From an uncultured bacterium (lineage in GTDB: Bacteria > Verrucomicrobiota > Verrucomicrobiia > Limisphaerales > UBA8199), in NCBI GenBank assembly GCA_963749495.1, contig CAVVMW010000010.1, positions 256,001 to 320,000 of the forward strand: DNA of 64,000 nucleotides, given 5' to 3'. A program made the translations under genes and the position numbers. Within the stretch, counting starts at the first letter, position 1. Each line of letters begins with the position of its first letter. This document shows positions 39,167 through 49,744 of the stretch, piece after piece. The notes beneath the pieces were generated by a model. It was not told where the DNA came from, searched no databases, and saw nothing but the letters and a program-made list of their open reading frames with translations.

Positions 39167-40474
39167 ATGTCATACACTGCGCGGCAGACTCTGAACACGA
39201 GCAACGTGCTGTCTGTGATCCTGGGCGGCGGCCAAGGCACACGGCTCTTTCCATTGACCAAGGAGCGGGCCAAGCCGGCGGTCCCGCTGGCGGGCAAATA
39301 CCGGCTGGTGGACATCCCCATTTCCAACTGCATCAACTCGGGGCTCAGGCGGGTCTATCTGCTCACCATGTTCAATTCGGCCTCGCTGCACCGTCATATC
39401 TCGCAGTCCTACAAATTCGACCATTTTGCAGGCGGTTTTGTGGAGATTCTGGCGGCCGAGAAGACCTATTCGGACACGTCGTGGTACCAAGGCACGGCGG
39501 ATGCCGTGCGCAAAAACCTCATCCACTTCATGAACCATGAGTGGGATTACCTGCTGATCCTGAGCGGGGACCAGTTGTACCGGATGGATTTCCGGCAGGT
39601 GATCGGGTTGCACCAGGACGCCGAGGCGGAAATCACGGTGGCGACGATCCCAGTGCGGCGGCAGGCGGCGCAATCGCTGGGGATCATGCAGATCGATGCG
39701 ACGCGGCGCATCACGCGGTTCGTCGAAAAGCCCAAGGACCCGGCGGTGCTCGATTCCTTGAGACTTTCCCCCGAGTGGTATCCGCAATTGGGTATCCGGG
39801 AGCAGGGCGAGCTGTTTCTGGCCTCGATGGGGATTTACGTCTTCAACCGCAGCGTGCTCGATCTGTTGTTGCGCAACACCCTCGCCGATTTCGGCAAGCA
39901 CATTATCCCCAAGGCGATCGAGAACCACCGCGTCTTTTCATCCGTGTTCGAGGGGTACTGGGAGGACATCGGCACGATTCGCGCCTTCTTCGAGGCGAAC
40001 CTCGAGCTGACCCACGAACTGCCACGGTTCAACTTCTTCGACATGGCCGCCCCGATCTTCAGCCGCCCCCGGTTCCTGCCCGGCTCGAAGATCAACGGCG
40101 CGCAGATCGACCACGCGGTGATTTCCGACGGTTGCATCATCAATCGCGCCACCATCATCCACAGCATTGTCGGGCTGCGGTGCATCGTCGGCGCCGGCAC
40201 CGTGCTCAATCGCGCCGTCCTCCTGGGCAACGATTACTACGAATCCCAAGAGTCCATTCTCCAACAGGAGAAGGCCGGCATCCCTCGCCTCGGCATCGGC
40301 CTGAATTGCCGCATCGAGAACACTATTGTGGACAAGAACTCCCGCATCGGGGACAAAGTGGTGATTTCACCCGCCGGCAAACCCGAGTCCCTCGATGGCC
40401 CCAACTTTTATATCCGCAACGGCATTGTCGTGGTCCCCAAGAACGCGATCCTCCCCCACGGAACCGTAATCTAA
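39167..40474 (+). CDS. glgC: Glucose-1-phosphate adenylyltransferase
   Basis: ILGGGQGTRLFPLTKERAKPAVP, WYQGTADAVR, ASMGIYVF, YWEDIGTI. Confidence 0.97.
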   Translation: MSYTARQTLNTSNVLSVILGGGQGTRLFPLTKERAKPAVPLAGKYRLVDIPISNCINSGLRRVYLLTMFNSASLHRHISQSYKFDHFAGGFVEILAAEKTYSDTSWYQGTADAVRKNLIHFMNHEWDYLLILSGDQLYRMDFRQVIGLHQDAEAEITVATIPVRRQAAQSLGIMQIDATRRITRFVEKPKDPAVLDSLRLSPEWYPQLGIREQGELFLASMGIYVFNRSVLDLLLRNTLADFGKHIIPKAIENHRVFSSVFEGYWEDIGTIRAFFEANLELTHELPRFNFFDMAAPIFSRPRFLPGSKINGAQIDHAVISDGCIINRATIIHSIVGLRCIVGAGTVLNRAVLLGNDYYESQESILQQEKAGIPRLGIGLNCRIENTIVDKNSRIGDKVVISPAGKPESLDGPNFYIRNGIVVVPKNAILPHGTVI

Positions 40475-40593
40475 AGGCTAAAGGCGTGAAAAGAAAGGCT
40501 AAAGTTGAACAACGCGGCGCCTCGGGCCCATCTTGCCTGTTCCACCAGAGGCACAGGAGCTGCCGACGCAACCCAAGGCTGCGCGCGTGCGCT

Positions 40594-40821
40594 GCAACCC
40601 GGAGGGTTGCCAGAGGGTAGCCGGGGGTCGCGACCCCGTCGCGACCCCCGGTTAACGGTCTGAAGGGTCCTGCACCCCGGAACGGGGTGCCAGAAGACCG
40701 CGTGGTGTGCCGGTGTGCCCGGCCTTCTGGCATCCCTCCGGGATGCGGGGGCATCCTACGGCGAACCGGGGGTCTCGCTTCGCTTCGACCCCCGGCTACC
40801 TTCTTTCATCCCTCCGGGATG
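40594..40821. repeat. REP-like composite palindrome family E, enclosed by inverted AGGCTAA arrays (40472-40504 and 40911-40935)
   Basis: gcaacccggagggttgc, ggtagccgggggtcg / cgacccccggctacc, catccctccgggatg twice. Confidence 0.85.
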
Positions 40822-40938
40822 GAACTGGTGGCCCGGAACCATGTCAGGAATTCCTATCCGTGTGGTGGTACATCTCAGATGCGCCCCGGCGCCCCTCCCA
40901 CATGTCTGACTTTAGCCTTTAGCCTTTAGCCTTTTCTG

Positions 40939-41391
40939 TCACGCGGCTTCCAACTCCGGTTTGGCGCACTCCAGGCCCCAGTAGTGCGTGATGGACTGAA
41001 AGAGGTGCTCGACGGCGCGGTAGTCCATGGGCTTGACCATGTAGGCATTGGCGCCCAGTTCGTAGGCCCGGTTGATGTCGATCGAATTGTCGGACAAGGA
41101 GACGATGACGATGGGGATGCGGCGCAGGATGTGGTCGCGTTTGACCCATTCCAGGACCTCGAACCCCGTTCGGCGCGGCATCTTGATGTCCATGACCACC
41201 AGTTTGGGCAGCGGGTAAACGGCGCGATCGGCGTACTTGCCTTCGCCGCGCAGATAACTGATCGCCTCCAGGCCATCGGTCACGACCTGGAGGGGATTCT
41301 CGATTCGGGCCGTCTTGAACGCGCGCTTCACGAGGAAGATGTCGTTGAGGTCGTCCTCGACGAGCAGCACGGAGAACTCATTGGTATCCAT
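40939..41391 (-). CDS. Single-domain response regulator
   Basis: LLVEDDLND, VVMDIKMP, ELGANAYMVKP. Confidence 0.93.
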   Translation of the reverse strand: MDTNEFSVLLVEDDLNDIFLVKRAFKTARIENPLQVVTDGLEAISYLRGEGKYADRAVYPLPKLVVMDIKMPRRTGFEVLEWVKRDHILRRIPIVIVSLSDNSIDINRAYELGANAYMVKPMDYRAVEHLFQSITHYWGLECAKPELEAA

Positions 41392-41440
41392 AGGTCCTAG
41401 ACCATGGTTCATAAGTACCTCGCACGTCCAGTGGGCGAGG

Positions 41441-41621
41441 GACGAATGACGAATGACGAATGACGAATGACGAATGACGAATGACGACGCGGAGACGAGG
41501 CGGCGCCCGTCGGCACTCGGTATCGAGGCCGCCAGGTTTTGGACTGCCGCAGTCCAAAGCGCTTCGCGCCCTCCCCTGCTCGGTCCCCCTTGGTCATTCG
41601 TCATTCGTCATTCGTCATTCC
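41441..41621. repeat. Inverted (GACGAAT)n / (ATTCGTC)n arrays around a family F palindrome
   Basis: Read directly from the sequence. Confidence 0.85.
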
Positions 41622-41679
41622 GCACTCCTCCGTCCGGTCTGCCATTTACACCGCCGGTTTGGGTTGCTAAAAGACCGGG

Positions 41680-42525
41680 GTGCTTGATGATGCAACGATT
41701 TGGGACGGTTTGAAGGCGGGGCGGCGGCTGGTGCTGATTGCCGGGCCGTGCGTGATCGAGAGCGAAGGGCTGTGCCTGGAGGTGGCCGGGGGATTGAAAC
41801 GGGCCTGCGAGCGGCTGGGCATCCTGTATGTGTTCAAGGCCAGCTACGACAAGGCCAACCGGACCTCGTCGCGCTCGTTTCGGGGCCCCGGGCTGGGGGA
41901 GGGCCTGCGCATTCTGGGCCGGGTGCGGGCGCAACTGGAGGTGCCGGTCCTGACAGACGTGCACACGGAGGCCCAGGCGGCGGCGGCTGCGGCAGTGGTG
42001 GACGTGCTGCAGATCCCGGCGTTCCTGTGCCGGCAGACCGACCTGATCGCCGCAGCGGTCCGGACCGGGCGGATTGTGAATCTAAAGAAGGGCCAGTTCC
42101 TGTCGCCGGCCGAGATGGGCCAGGTGGCCCAAAAGGCAGCCAGCGCCGGCGGCCGCAGGCTGCTGCTGACCGAGCGCGGCACCAGCTTCGGCTACAACAA
42201 CCTGGTGGCGGACATGCGCTCGATACCGATCCTGCGCAAAACCGGGTTTCCGGTCATCTTCGACGCCACCCACTCGGTGCAACTGCCGGGCGGGGGCGGG
42301 GACAAATCGGGCGGGCAGCGCGAGTTTGCGCCTGTGCTGGCCCGGTGCGCCCTGGCCGCCGGGGCCGATGGACTGTTCTTCGAGACGCATCCCGAACCGG
42401 ACCGGGCCCTGAGCGACGGCCCGAACATGATCCCGTTGGCGGAGATGCCCGCCCTGCTCCAGGAGTTGCTCAGATTATGGCAAACGATGCATGTTGCGGC
42501 AGCAGAGGTTGCCGGCTTAGCATAG
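41680..42525 (+). CDS. kdsA: 3-deoxy-8-phosphooctulonate synthase
   Basis: [44 protein letters not shown]. Confidence 0.97.
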   Translation: MLDDATIWDGLKAGRRLVLIAGPCVIESEGLCLEVAGGLKRACERLGILYVFKASYDKANRTSSRSFRGPGLGEGLRILGRVRAQLEVPVLTDVHTEAQAAAAAAVVDVLQIPAFLCRQTDLIAAAVRTGRIVNLKKGQFLSPAEMGQVAQKAASAGGRRLLLTERGTSFGYNNLVADMRSIPILRKTGFPVIFDATHSVQLPGGGGDKSGGQREFAPVLARCALAAGADGLFFETHPEPDRALSDGPNMIPLAEMPALLQELLRLWQTMHVAAAEVAGLA

Positions 42526-42550
42526 GCGGCAGTGTGAGCACGTCATTGCA

Positions 42551-42711
42551 AGAACCTATGGACTGGAAACGCCGAGAGGCAGGCAGAAAAATGGGGGCAG
42601 AAAGATGAAAAGGAAATTCATTTTTCTGCCCCCATCTTTCTGCCTGAACCTCTTCGGATTCCGGGCATTAGGGTGTGGCCTGGCGGCCCTGGCGGTCGTT
42701 TTGGCGGCGAG
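42551..42711. repeat. 161-bp repeat family C (hairpin core)
   Basis: Ungapped match to 50287-50447; related partial copies near 49090-49192 and 50498-50530. Confidence 0.9.
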
Positions 42712-44579
42712 CCTGGCGCCCGCGCAACAGTTGGTGACGGGGCAGGGCAAGCTGGTCGGGTATTACGGCGCGCCAAACCAAACGAATGTGCAATGGCTGC
42801 TGAAGGGAAAGGTGACCGGGCAGACCAACAACGCGGTGTTCTTCACCGATGCGGAGTTGCAGACGCAGACGGTGCAGGGGGAGCGGGAGCTGGGAGTGCA
42901 GTCGCCCCAATGCGCGCTGGACCGGCGGCAGCACACAGTGAGTTCGCCCGGCTCGGTGCGCGCTGAACTGGGCGGGGGGAAGTTCACGATCGAGGGAAAG
43001 GGCTTTCTGTGGCGGGAGACCAACTCGGACCTCATCATCTCCAACAACGTCCGCTCGGTGCTGGCCCCCGAGTTGCTCGGGCGCGCCTCCGCCAATCGAG
43101 CCCCCCAGCCAGGAGCCGGTCTATATCCTCTCGCGCCAGTTCGATTACTCAACCAACTCCGGCCTGGCGGTCTGGCGCGGAGACGTGCGGGTCATGGGAG
43201 AGGACCCGCACCTGGCGCTGACCGGGGGCGTCTTGAGGGCGGTCCTCAAACAGAACCCGCGCCGGCTCGAAGGCATCGCCGCCCAACAGGATGTGAGCGT
43301 CGATTACGCCGGCTTCCAGGCGGCGGGCCAAGACGCCGTTTATTCGGCTGATACCGGCCGGGTGCGGGTGTCGGGCGAGCCGAGTTGGCGCGCCCAGCAG
43401 CAGGAGGGCAAGGCCGATGAATTGATCCTCCAGTGGACCAACCGGGTCCTGGAGGCCAACGGGCACGGCCAGCTCAAGATGCCCGGCCAGGGGCTGGGCC
43501 TGGCCGGTTTGTCCTCGGGCGGCGGTTCGGCTTGGACGCCCTCCGCGACGAAGCCCCCTGCGCCCGCAGCCCGCGACCAGGTCCTGGAGGTCCTTTCGGA
43601 GAGTTACACAGTCTGGACGAATCGGGCGGAGTTTCGCGACCGGGTGCAAGTCACTCAACGGGCCGACGGCCAGGTCCAGGGGACGATGAGTTGCGGTCTG
43701 CTGGCCGTGGCATTCAAGGAGACCAACCAGTTGGACCGGTTGACGGCCCAGCGCCAGGTCGTCCTCCGGCAGCAGCAGTGGCAGTTCACAGCAGACACGG
43801 CGGTGTATGAGGGCGCCAGCGGGGTGATGGAGTTGACCGGGGAGCCGAAGTGGCAGGCGGGCGAGCGCGCGGGCCGCGGGGATGTGATAACCCTGTCGAG
43901 CAAACCGGAGGGGATGCAGGTGCGGGGCAATGCCTTCATGCGGATGCCGGCGGAGCAGTTCGCGCAGGCTGTGGCCGTGAACCGCCGGGGGCCGGGCCGC
44001 GCCGCCGCCGCCCTTTCCGGCGCCGCCAAACCGCCGGCCCAGGCCCCACGCCAGCCTGCCCTCTCCACGCCCGCAGCGACCAATCAGCCCTTTGCGGACA
44101 TCCGGGCCCAGCAATACAGCGTCACCCCCGAAGGCGCGATCTTTGAGGGGCAAGTCAGCGTCACCCATCCGCAGATGCATTGGACGTGCCAGAGGCTGGA
44201 GGTGGAATGGCTCGACTCGGGAATGAGGCGGCGCGTCCTGGCCGAGGGCGGGGTGAGGTTCGAAGTGATCGGGGCCGGGGAACAAAGGCTGCTGGGGGAC
44301 GGGGATCGAGCCGATTACACGTTTTGGGTGGCCGAGGGCGCGACCAACGAGTTAATGGTCCTGTATGGAAACCCTGCCCGGCTCAGAGTCAGGGCCGCCG
44401 CGCTCGACTCGAAACAGGGAGCGCCGGCCCAGGAGCGGGGCACGCTCGAGACCCCGGTGATTACCCTGGACCGCGTTCATTCGCGGATTATCACCTCGAC
44501 CAACTATGCGATTCAGATCGCGGCCCAGCCCATGAACACGAACGCCTTCCGGCTGCCGAAAAACAAGCTCTTCAGATAA
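42605..44579 (+). CDS. LptC/LptA (OstA-like) LPS export protein, frameshift near 43115
   Basis: Between kdsA and lptB; FTIEGKGFLW..IISNNVRS and repeated xELTGEPxW jellyroll motifs. Confidence 0.75.
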
Positions 44580-45328
44580 TGCCAAGCCAGATGATGCCAA
44601 CTCCAGTCCCGCTGCTGACGACCGAGAAGCTGGTCAAGGAATATCGGCACCGGCGGGTCGTCAACGGGGTCTCGATTACCGTGGCGGCCGGGGAGATCGT
44701 CGGTCTGCTGGGTCCCAACGGCGCCGGCAAGACGACGACCTTCAACATGGTGGTGGGGGTCATCAAGCCGGGCGGCGGCCGGGTGAAATTCCAGCAGCAC
44801 GACATCACAGGGCTGCCGATGCACCGGCGCTCGAGGCTGGGGATCGGCTACCTCACCCAGGAACCCTCGATCTTCCGCAAGCTCACGGTGGAACAGAACA
44901 TCCTGGCCATACTGGAGACCTGCCGGATGAAACGGCAGGAGCGGATGGTGCGCCTCAAGTACTTGCTGGAAGAACTGGACCTGGGCGGGCTGGCCCGGAA
45001 CAAGGCCTACACCTTGAGCGGGGGAGAAAAACGGCGGCTCGAAATCACCCGCGCCCTGGTGACCAGCCCCAAGCTGCTGTTGCTGGACGAGCCCTTCAGC
45101 GGCATCGACCCCATCGCCGTTTACGAGGTCCAGAAGATCGTGCGGCGGTTGCGCGAGCGCGGCCTGGGCATCCTCATCACCGACCATAACGTGCAGGCCA
45201 CCCTCAAACTGGTGGATCGCGCCTACCTCATTCACAAGGGCGAGGTCGTCTATGAAGGCGCCGCCGAGCAATTGGTCCACGACCCCAAGGCGCGGGAGAT
45301 CTATCTCGGTCCGGAATTCAACCTCTGA
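44579..45328 (+). CDS. lptB: LPS export ABC ATPase
   Basis: GPNGAGKTTTF, IGYLTQEPSIFRKL, LSGGEKRRLEI, ILITDHNV, YLGPEF. Confidence 0.96.
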   Translation: MPSQMMPTPVPLLTTEKLVKEYRHRRVVNGVSITVAAGEIVGLLGPNGAGKTTTFNMVVGVIKPGGGRVKFQQHDITGLPMHRRSRLGIGYLTQEPSIFRKLTVEQNILAILETCRMKRQERMVRLKYLLEELDLGGLARNKAYTLSGGEKRRLEITRALVTSPKLLLLDEPFSGIDPIAVYEVQKIVRRLRERGLGILITDHNVQATLKLVDRAYLIHKGEVVYEGAAEQLVHDPKAREIYLGPEFNL

Positions 45329-45340
45329 AAAGCTCATCCG

Positions 45341-46287
45341 ATGCAACGTGAAACCGCAACAGTCGAGGCATTTTACACCAACCACGCCGGCGGCCTGGAT
45401 TTGAACCTCCTGGCCGGGGCCGGCGGCTCAAGCGGGTGATTCGCGAGCCGACGGTCAACCGGCCGGGGCTGGTGCTCTCCGGGTTCACCCGTTATTTTGC
45501 CTTCAAGCGGGTGCAGGTGATCGGCAACGCCGAGGCCTATTTTCTCAAATCACTGCCCGAGGAGGAGCGGGTCAGGCGTTACCAGACCTTTTTCGCTTAC
45601 AAACTCCCGTGCGTGGTCTTCTCGCGCAACCTGCACCCGGACAAGCAATTCCTGGCGGTAGCCGAGAAGGCCGCCGTCCCGATTTTCCGGTGCTCGCTGG
45701 TGACGATGAAGTTCATCAACCTGGCCACTCTGGCGTTGGAGATGATGTTCGCCCCGCACGGCACGGAGATGGGCAGCATGGTGGACATCCTGGGGGTAGG
45801 GGTGATCCTCCGGGGCGAGAGCGGCATCGGCAAGAGCGAGAGCGTGCTGGCGTTGATCGAGCGGGGCTACAGCCTGGTGGCCGATGACGTCACCAAGGTG
45901 ATGCTGGTGGATGGCCGCGAGGTCGTGGGCACCAGCTCCGAGGTCACTCGCAATCACATGGAGGTCCGCGGCATCGGCATCATCAACGTCGCCGCCATGT
46001 TCGGCGTCCGCTGCATCCGCCAGGAAAAACGCGTGGACCTGGTCATCACCTTGCGCTCGTGGAACGAGGTCCCGGACGTGGACCGGCTGGGGATGGAGCA
46101 GGAATTTGTCAAGGTGCTCGGCATCGATGTCCCGCACATCACCATCCCGGTGCGGCCCGGCCGCGACCTGGCCCGCCTCATCGAAGTGGCCGCCTTCCAG
46201 ACCAAGCTCAAGTCCGCCGGCTATAACCCCGCCAAGGAACTCAACGACCGGCTCATCTCACGCATGACGGCTGCCGCCAAGTTGTAG
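45341..46287 (+). CDS. hprK: HPr kinase/phosphorylase, frameshift near 45428
   Basis: NRPGL, GESGIGKSE, LVADD, MEVRGIGII, PVRPGRDLA. Confidence 0.93.
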
Positions 46288-46299
46288 GGCGCCGCACCG

Positions 46300-46494
46300 G
46301 GCAGACCCCTCACCCCGGCCCTCTCCCCTATCGGCTATGACACGCCTCTCCCTCCCCCCGTCGGACGCAAAAGGGGCGAGGGAGGAGTCTGGGTAGCCGC
46401 TTGAGGAAGCGGACGGGCCTGGGAGTTCCAGAGACTGCCGACACCTCTCCCTCTCCCCGTCGGACGGGGAGAGGGCCGGGGTGAGGGGTCTGCC
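46300..46494. repeat. Family A element with a perfect 29-bp terminal inverted repeat
   Basis: ggcagacccctcaccccggccctctcccc / ggggagagggccggggtgaggggtctgcc. Confidence 0.9.
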
Positions 46495-46548
46495 GTAGAA
46501 TTCATTGGCAAAAGTCTCCCGCGTCGGTTACTTGTAATGGGAGACTGA

Positions 46549-46851
46549 ATGACTGCAAAGAGACTGGCCGATAACAGCGGTTCAACCATGACGAAAGATT
46601 TCCTGGTGTCGAACAAGCTGGGCATCCATGCCCGGCCGGCCGCCATGTTCGTCAAGACCGCCAATCGGTTCAGTTGTGAGATCTTCGTCGAGAAAGACGG
46701 GGAAAGGGTCAACGGCAAGAGTATTATGGGCCTGATGATGCTGGCGGCGGGCCCGGGCAGCAAACTCACCGTCCACGCCAACGGCCAGGACGCCTCCCAG
46801 GCGCTGGCCGAGTTGGAGACACTCATGAGGCGGAAATTCGACGAGGAATGA
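46549..46851 (+). CDS. ptsH: Phosphocarrier protein HPr
   Basis: NKLGIHARPAA, NGKSIMGLMMLAA. Confidence 0.95.
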   Translation: MTAKRLADNSGSTMTKDFLVSNKLGIHARPAAMFVKTANRFSCEIFVEKDGERVNGKSIMGLMMLAAGPGSKLTVHANGQDASQALAELETLMRRKFDEE

Positions 46852-46858
46852 GACGCGC

Positions 46859-47155
46859 ATGGATTCCATGGCACCTGCAGAGATCGATGTGAAGTACGTG
46901 GCGCACCTGGCGCGGCTCGCGCTCTCCCCGGCCGAAGAGCAGAAGCTGGGCGCGCAGTTGGGCCAGGTCCTGGGCTACATCGAGAAATTGAAGGAGGTCG
47001 ATGTGACCGGCGTCGAGCCCACCGCGCACGCCTTTCCGCTGGTCAATGTGACCCGCCCCGACGAGGTCCGTCCCTCGATGCCCCACCAGGACGCCCTCCG
47101 CAACGCCCCCGCCCACGCCAACGGCCTGTTCATCGTCCCCAAGATCGTCGAGTAG
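46859..47155 (+). CDS. gatC: Asp/Glu-tRNA amidotransferase subunit C
   Basis: VAHLARL, EVDVTGVEPTAH, NAPAHANGLFIVPKIVE. Confidence 0.95.
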   Translation: MDSMAPAEIDVKYVAHLARLALSPAEEQKLGAQLGQVLGYIEKLKEVDVTGVEPTAHAFPLVNVTRPDEVRPSMPHQDALRNAPAHANGLFIVPKIVE

Positions 47156-47159
47156 CAAG

Positions 47160-47350
47160 TGGCTCATCGTGGTCATGCCTTATCGCGGCAGCGCGACAGA
47201 CCAGGTGGTGAGAATTCGGGGATTGGCGGAAGCGCCCTTTCCCATGGACCTGCTGGTCTGGAAGCTTGGTCGGATGCGCCGGAGGGACAGCTTCACACGG
47301 ACGGTCCTCAACGAAGGCAGGGTCATGTATGAAGGCTGCCGCGCGTGAGC
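47160..47350 (+). pseudogene. 3' remnant of an MNT nucleotidyltransferase antitoxin plus the first codons of a HEPN-like partner
   Basis: LIVVMPYRG..QVVRIR..APFPMDLLVW..RDSFTRTVLNEGRVMYE*, overlapped by MKAAARE. Confidence 0.65.
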
Positions 47351-47384
47351 CTCGGCCTGCCACGCACTTAGAGCCGGTTGCAGA

Positions 47385-47612
47385 ATTAACCGCAAAGAGC
47401 GCAGAGATCGCAAAGAAATGCCTCCATTGCAGGCCCTTTGTGTTCTCTGTACCGCAACAGTCCAAATTGCTCGCAGCCTGCGAGGATTCTTACCACGGAT
47501 TTCACGGATGACACGGATTCTTCTCTATCCGTGCTATCGGTGTAATCCGTGGTCAATTCGACTTTTGGTTGCGGCTTTGCCGCCCTGTGGTCTTTGCGTT
47601 CTCTGCGGTTAA
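47385..47612. repeat. Three-level nested repeat cluster
   Basis: Outer ttaaccgcaaagagcgcagaga / tctttgcgttctctgcggttaa; middle accgcaac / ggttgcggc; inner accacggat / atccgtggt arrays. Confidence 0.8.
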
Positions 47613-47627
47613 ATTGCTTCTTCCCGG

Positions 47628-48989
47628 TCAGAACTCGGCGCTGCCGGGCGTGCGGGCGAAGGGGATGACGTCGCGGATGTTGGGGATGCCGGTCAGGAAC
47701 ATGAGGAGGCGCTCGAAGCCCAGGCCGAAGCCGGCGTGAGGGACGGTGCCGAAGCGGCGCAGGTCGATATACCACCAGTAGTCCTCGGGCCTGAGCTTGT
47801 GGAGCCTCATGTTCTCGTGGAGTTGCTCCAGGCGCTCCTCGCGCTGCGCGCCGCCGATGACCTCGCCGATGCCCGGCACCAGCACGTCCATGGCCGACAC
47901 GGTCCGGCCGTCCTCGTTGAGCCGCATGTAGAACGGCTTGATCTCGCGCGGGTAGTTGAACACCGTCACGGGCGATTTGAAATGCTCTTCGGTGAGGAAC
48001 CGCTCGTGCTCGGACTGGAGGTTCTGGCCGTAATCAACCGGGAACTCGAACTGTTTGCCGGAGCGCTTGAGGACCTCGATGGCGTCGGCATAGGGAACGC
48101 GGATGAAGGGGCGTTCGATAACGAAGCTGAGGCGCTCCGGGAGGGCCTTGTCCACGAACCGGGTGAACAGGGCGAGGTCTTCGGCGCACTGTTCCCGGGC
48201 ATATCTGGCCATGGCCTTGATGAACTCCTCGCCCAGGTCCATGTCCGCCTGCAGGTCGCAAAAGGCCATCTCCGGCTCGATCATCCAGAACTCGGCGGCG
48301 TGGCGGGCGGTGTTCGAGTTCTCGGCGCGGAAGGTCGGGCCGAAGGTGTAGATGTTGGACAGGGCGCAGGCGAAGGTCTCGCCCTCGAGTTGGCCGCTGA
48401 CGGTCAGGTAGGTGGGGCGTCCGAAGAAATCGGCCTCCGGCTTGTCGCCCGGCTGGCCTTTGAGGGTGGTGACGCGGAACATCTCGCCGGCCCCTTCGCA
48501 ATCGCTGGCGGTGATAATGGGGGTGTGGACATAAACGAAATCGCGCTGCTGGAAGAACTGGTGCACCGCGAAGGCCAGGCGGCTGCGGACGCGGAAGACC
48601 GCCCCGTAAAGGTTCGAGCGCGGGCGCAAGTGGGCGATGGTCCGCAGGAACTCCGCGCTGTGCCCCTTTTTCTGGAGCGGATAGGCGGGGTCCGCCGCGC
48701 CCACCAACTCGACCCGCGTGGCGCGCAACTCCCACTTCTGGCCCGCCGCCGGCGAGGGCACCAGCTTGCCCTCGATTGCCGCCGACGCCCCGGTGGCCAG
48801 CTTGGGCAGGTGCTCCGCGCCAGGCGTGGACGCGTCCACCACCACCTGCAGGTTTGCCAGGCACGAGCCGTCATTGACCTCCAGAAACGAGAACCCCTTG
48901 GCATCGCGCCGGGTGCGGACCCAACCTTTGACCGCCACGCCCTCCTGGGGCGCGGCCGAGGCCAGAACATGTTTGATGAGCGTGCGCAT
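47628..48989 (-). CDS. asnS: Asparagine--tRNA ligase
   Basis: [45 protein letters not shown]. Confidence 0.97.
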   Translation of the reverse strand: MRTLIKHVLASAAPQEGVAVKGWVRTRRDAKGFSFLEVNDGSCLANLQVVVDASTPGAEHLPKLATGASAAIEGKLVPSPAAGQKWELRATRVELVGAADPAYPLQKKGHSAEFLRTIAHLRPRSNLYGAVFRVRSRLAFAVHQFFQQRDFVYVHTPIITASDCEGAGEMFRVTTLKGQPGDKPEADFFGRPTYLTVSGQLEGETFACALSNIYTFGPTFRAENSNTARHAAEFWMIEPEMAFCDLQADMDLGEEFIKAMARYAREQCAEDLALFTRFVDKALPERLSFVIERPFIRVPYADAIEVLKRSGKQFEFPVDYGQNLQSEHERFLTEEHFKSPVTVFNYPREIKPFYMRLNEDGRTVSAMDVLVPGIGEVIGGAQREERLEQLHENMRLHKLRPEDYWWYIDLRRFGTVPHAGFGLGFERLLMFLTGIPNIRDVIPFARTPGSAEF

Positions 48990-49323
48990 AGGAAATCGAA
49001 CCGCCGCCGCCTGACTCGGCCCGGGCGGCTCCATCGCTGCCCAAATCGATCCGCAGCCAATCTTGGCGAACGAGACCGCCTCCGCAAGGGAAAATCCCAA
49101 CGCCCGAAATCCCAAATCCTCAACCGGAGCAGCCTGAACCAAGAGGCAGAAAGACCTTTGGCAGAAAGATGGGGGCAGGAAAATGAAAGAAAAGCCGGCG
49201 TGCCGGGCTGTTTCTCCTGCGGCGGAAGCGGAAAGCACGCGGCGCAGGCTGGAGCCCGGACATGGAGCAGCATAGCACGTCGGCCATGGTTTGGCGCGAT
49301 AGTGCTGGAATGCCGTGCTGGCT

Positions 49324-49744
49324 GCGTCGCGTAGCGACGCAGTGAAGGTAGCCGTGGACCTCGGTCCACGGTTCGGGGCGAGGGAATGGTCACGCGTCGC
49401 GTAGCGACGCCTGAGAGTGTCGCGCTTTTCAGGCGTCGCTACGCGACGCGGTCGAGCTTGGGCCACGGGTCCGTGGACTGAAGTCCACGGCTACCATCGG
49501 GCACCGCTACGCGGTGAGCCGGAGGCAGCGCGGTGCGTCGCGTAGCGACGCAGTGAAGGTAGCCGTGGACCTCGGTCCACGGTTCGGGGCGAGGGAATGG
49601 TCACGCGTCGCGTAGCGACGCCTGACGGCTGGCGCGGTTACGTCGAACGGAGCTTTCCGGCGTCGCTACGCGACGCCGCTGAGGCTCGGCCGCTGGTCCG
49701 TGGACTGGAAGTCCACGGCTACCCTCAGGCACCGCTACGCGGTG
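49324..49744. repeat. Two tandem copies of family B (49324-49516 and 49535-49744)
   Basis: First ~90 bp identical between the copies. Confidence 0.92.

Noticed and set aside
48990..49466. Extended asnS N-terminus (612-aa ORF); likewise the extended starts at 41604 and 51722
   Set aside because: The extensions are translations of intergenic repeats, and good starts exist at the conserved domain boundaries
49324..49744. Possible CRISPR array (also the arrays at 52960-53056 and 41441-41490)
   Set aside because: No constant repeat with unique equal-length spacers, and no cas genes
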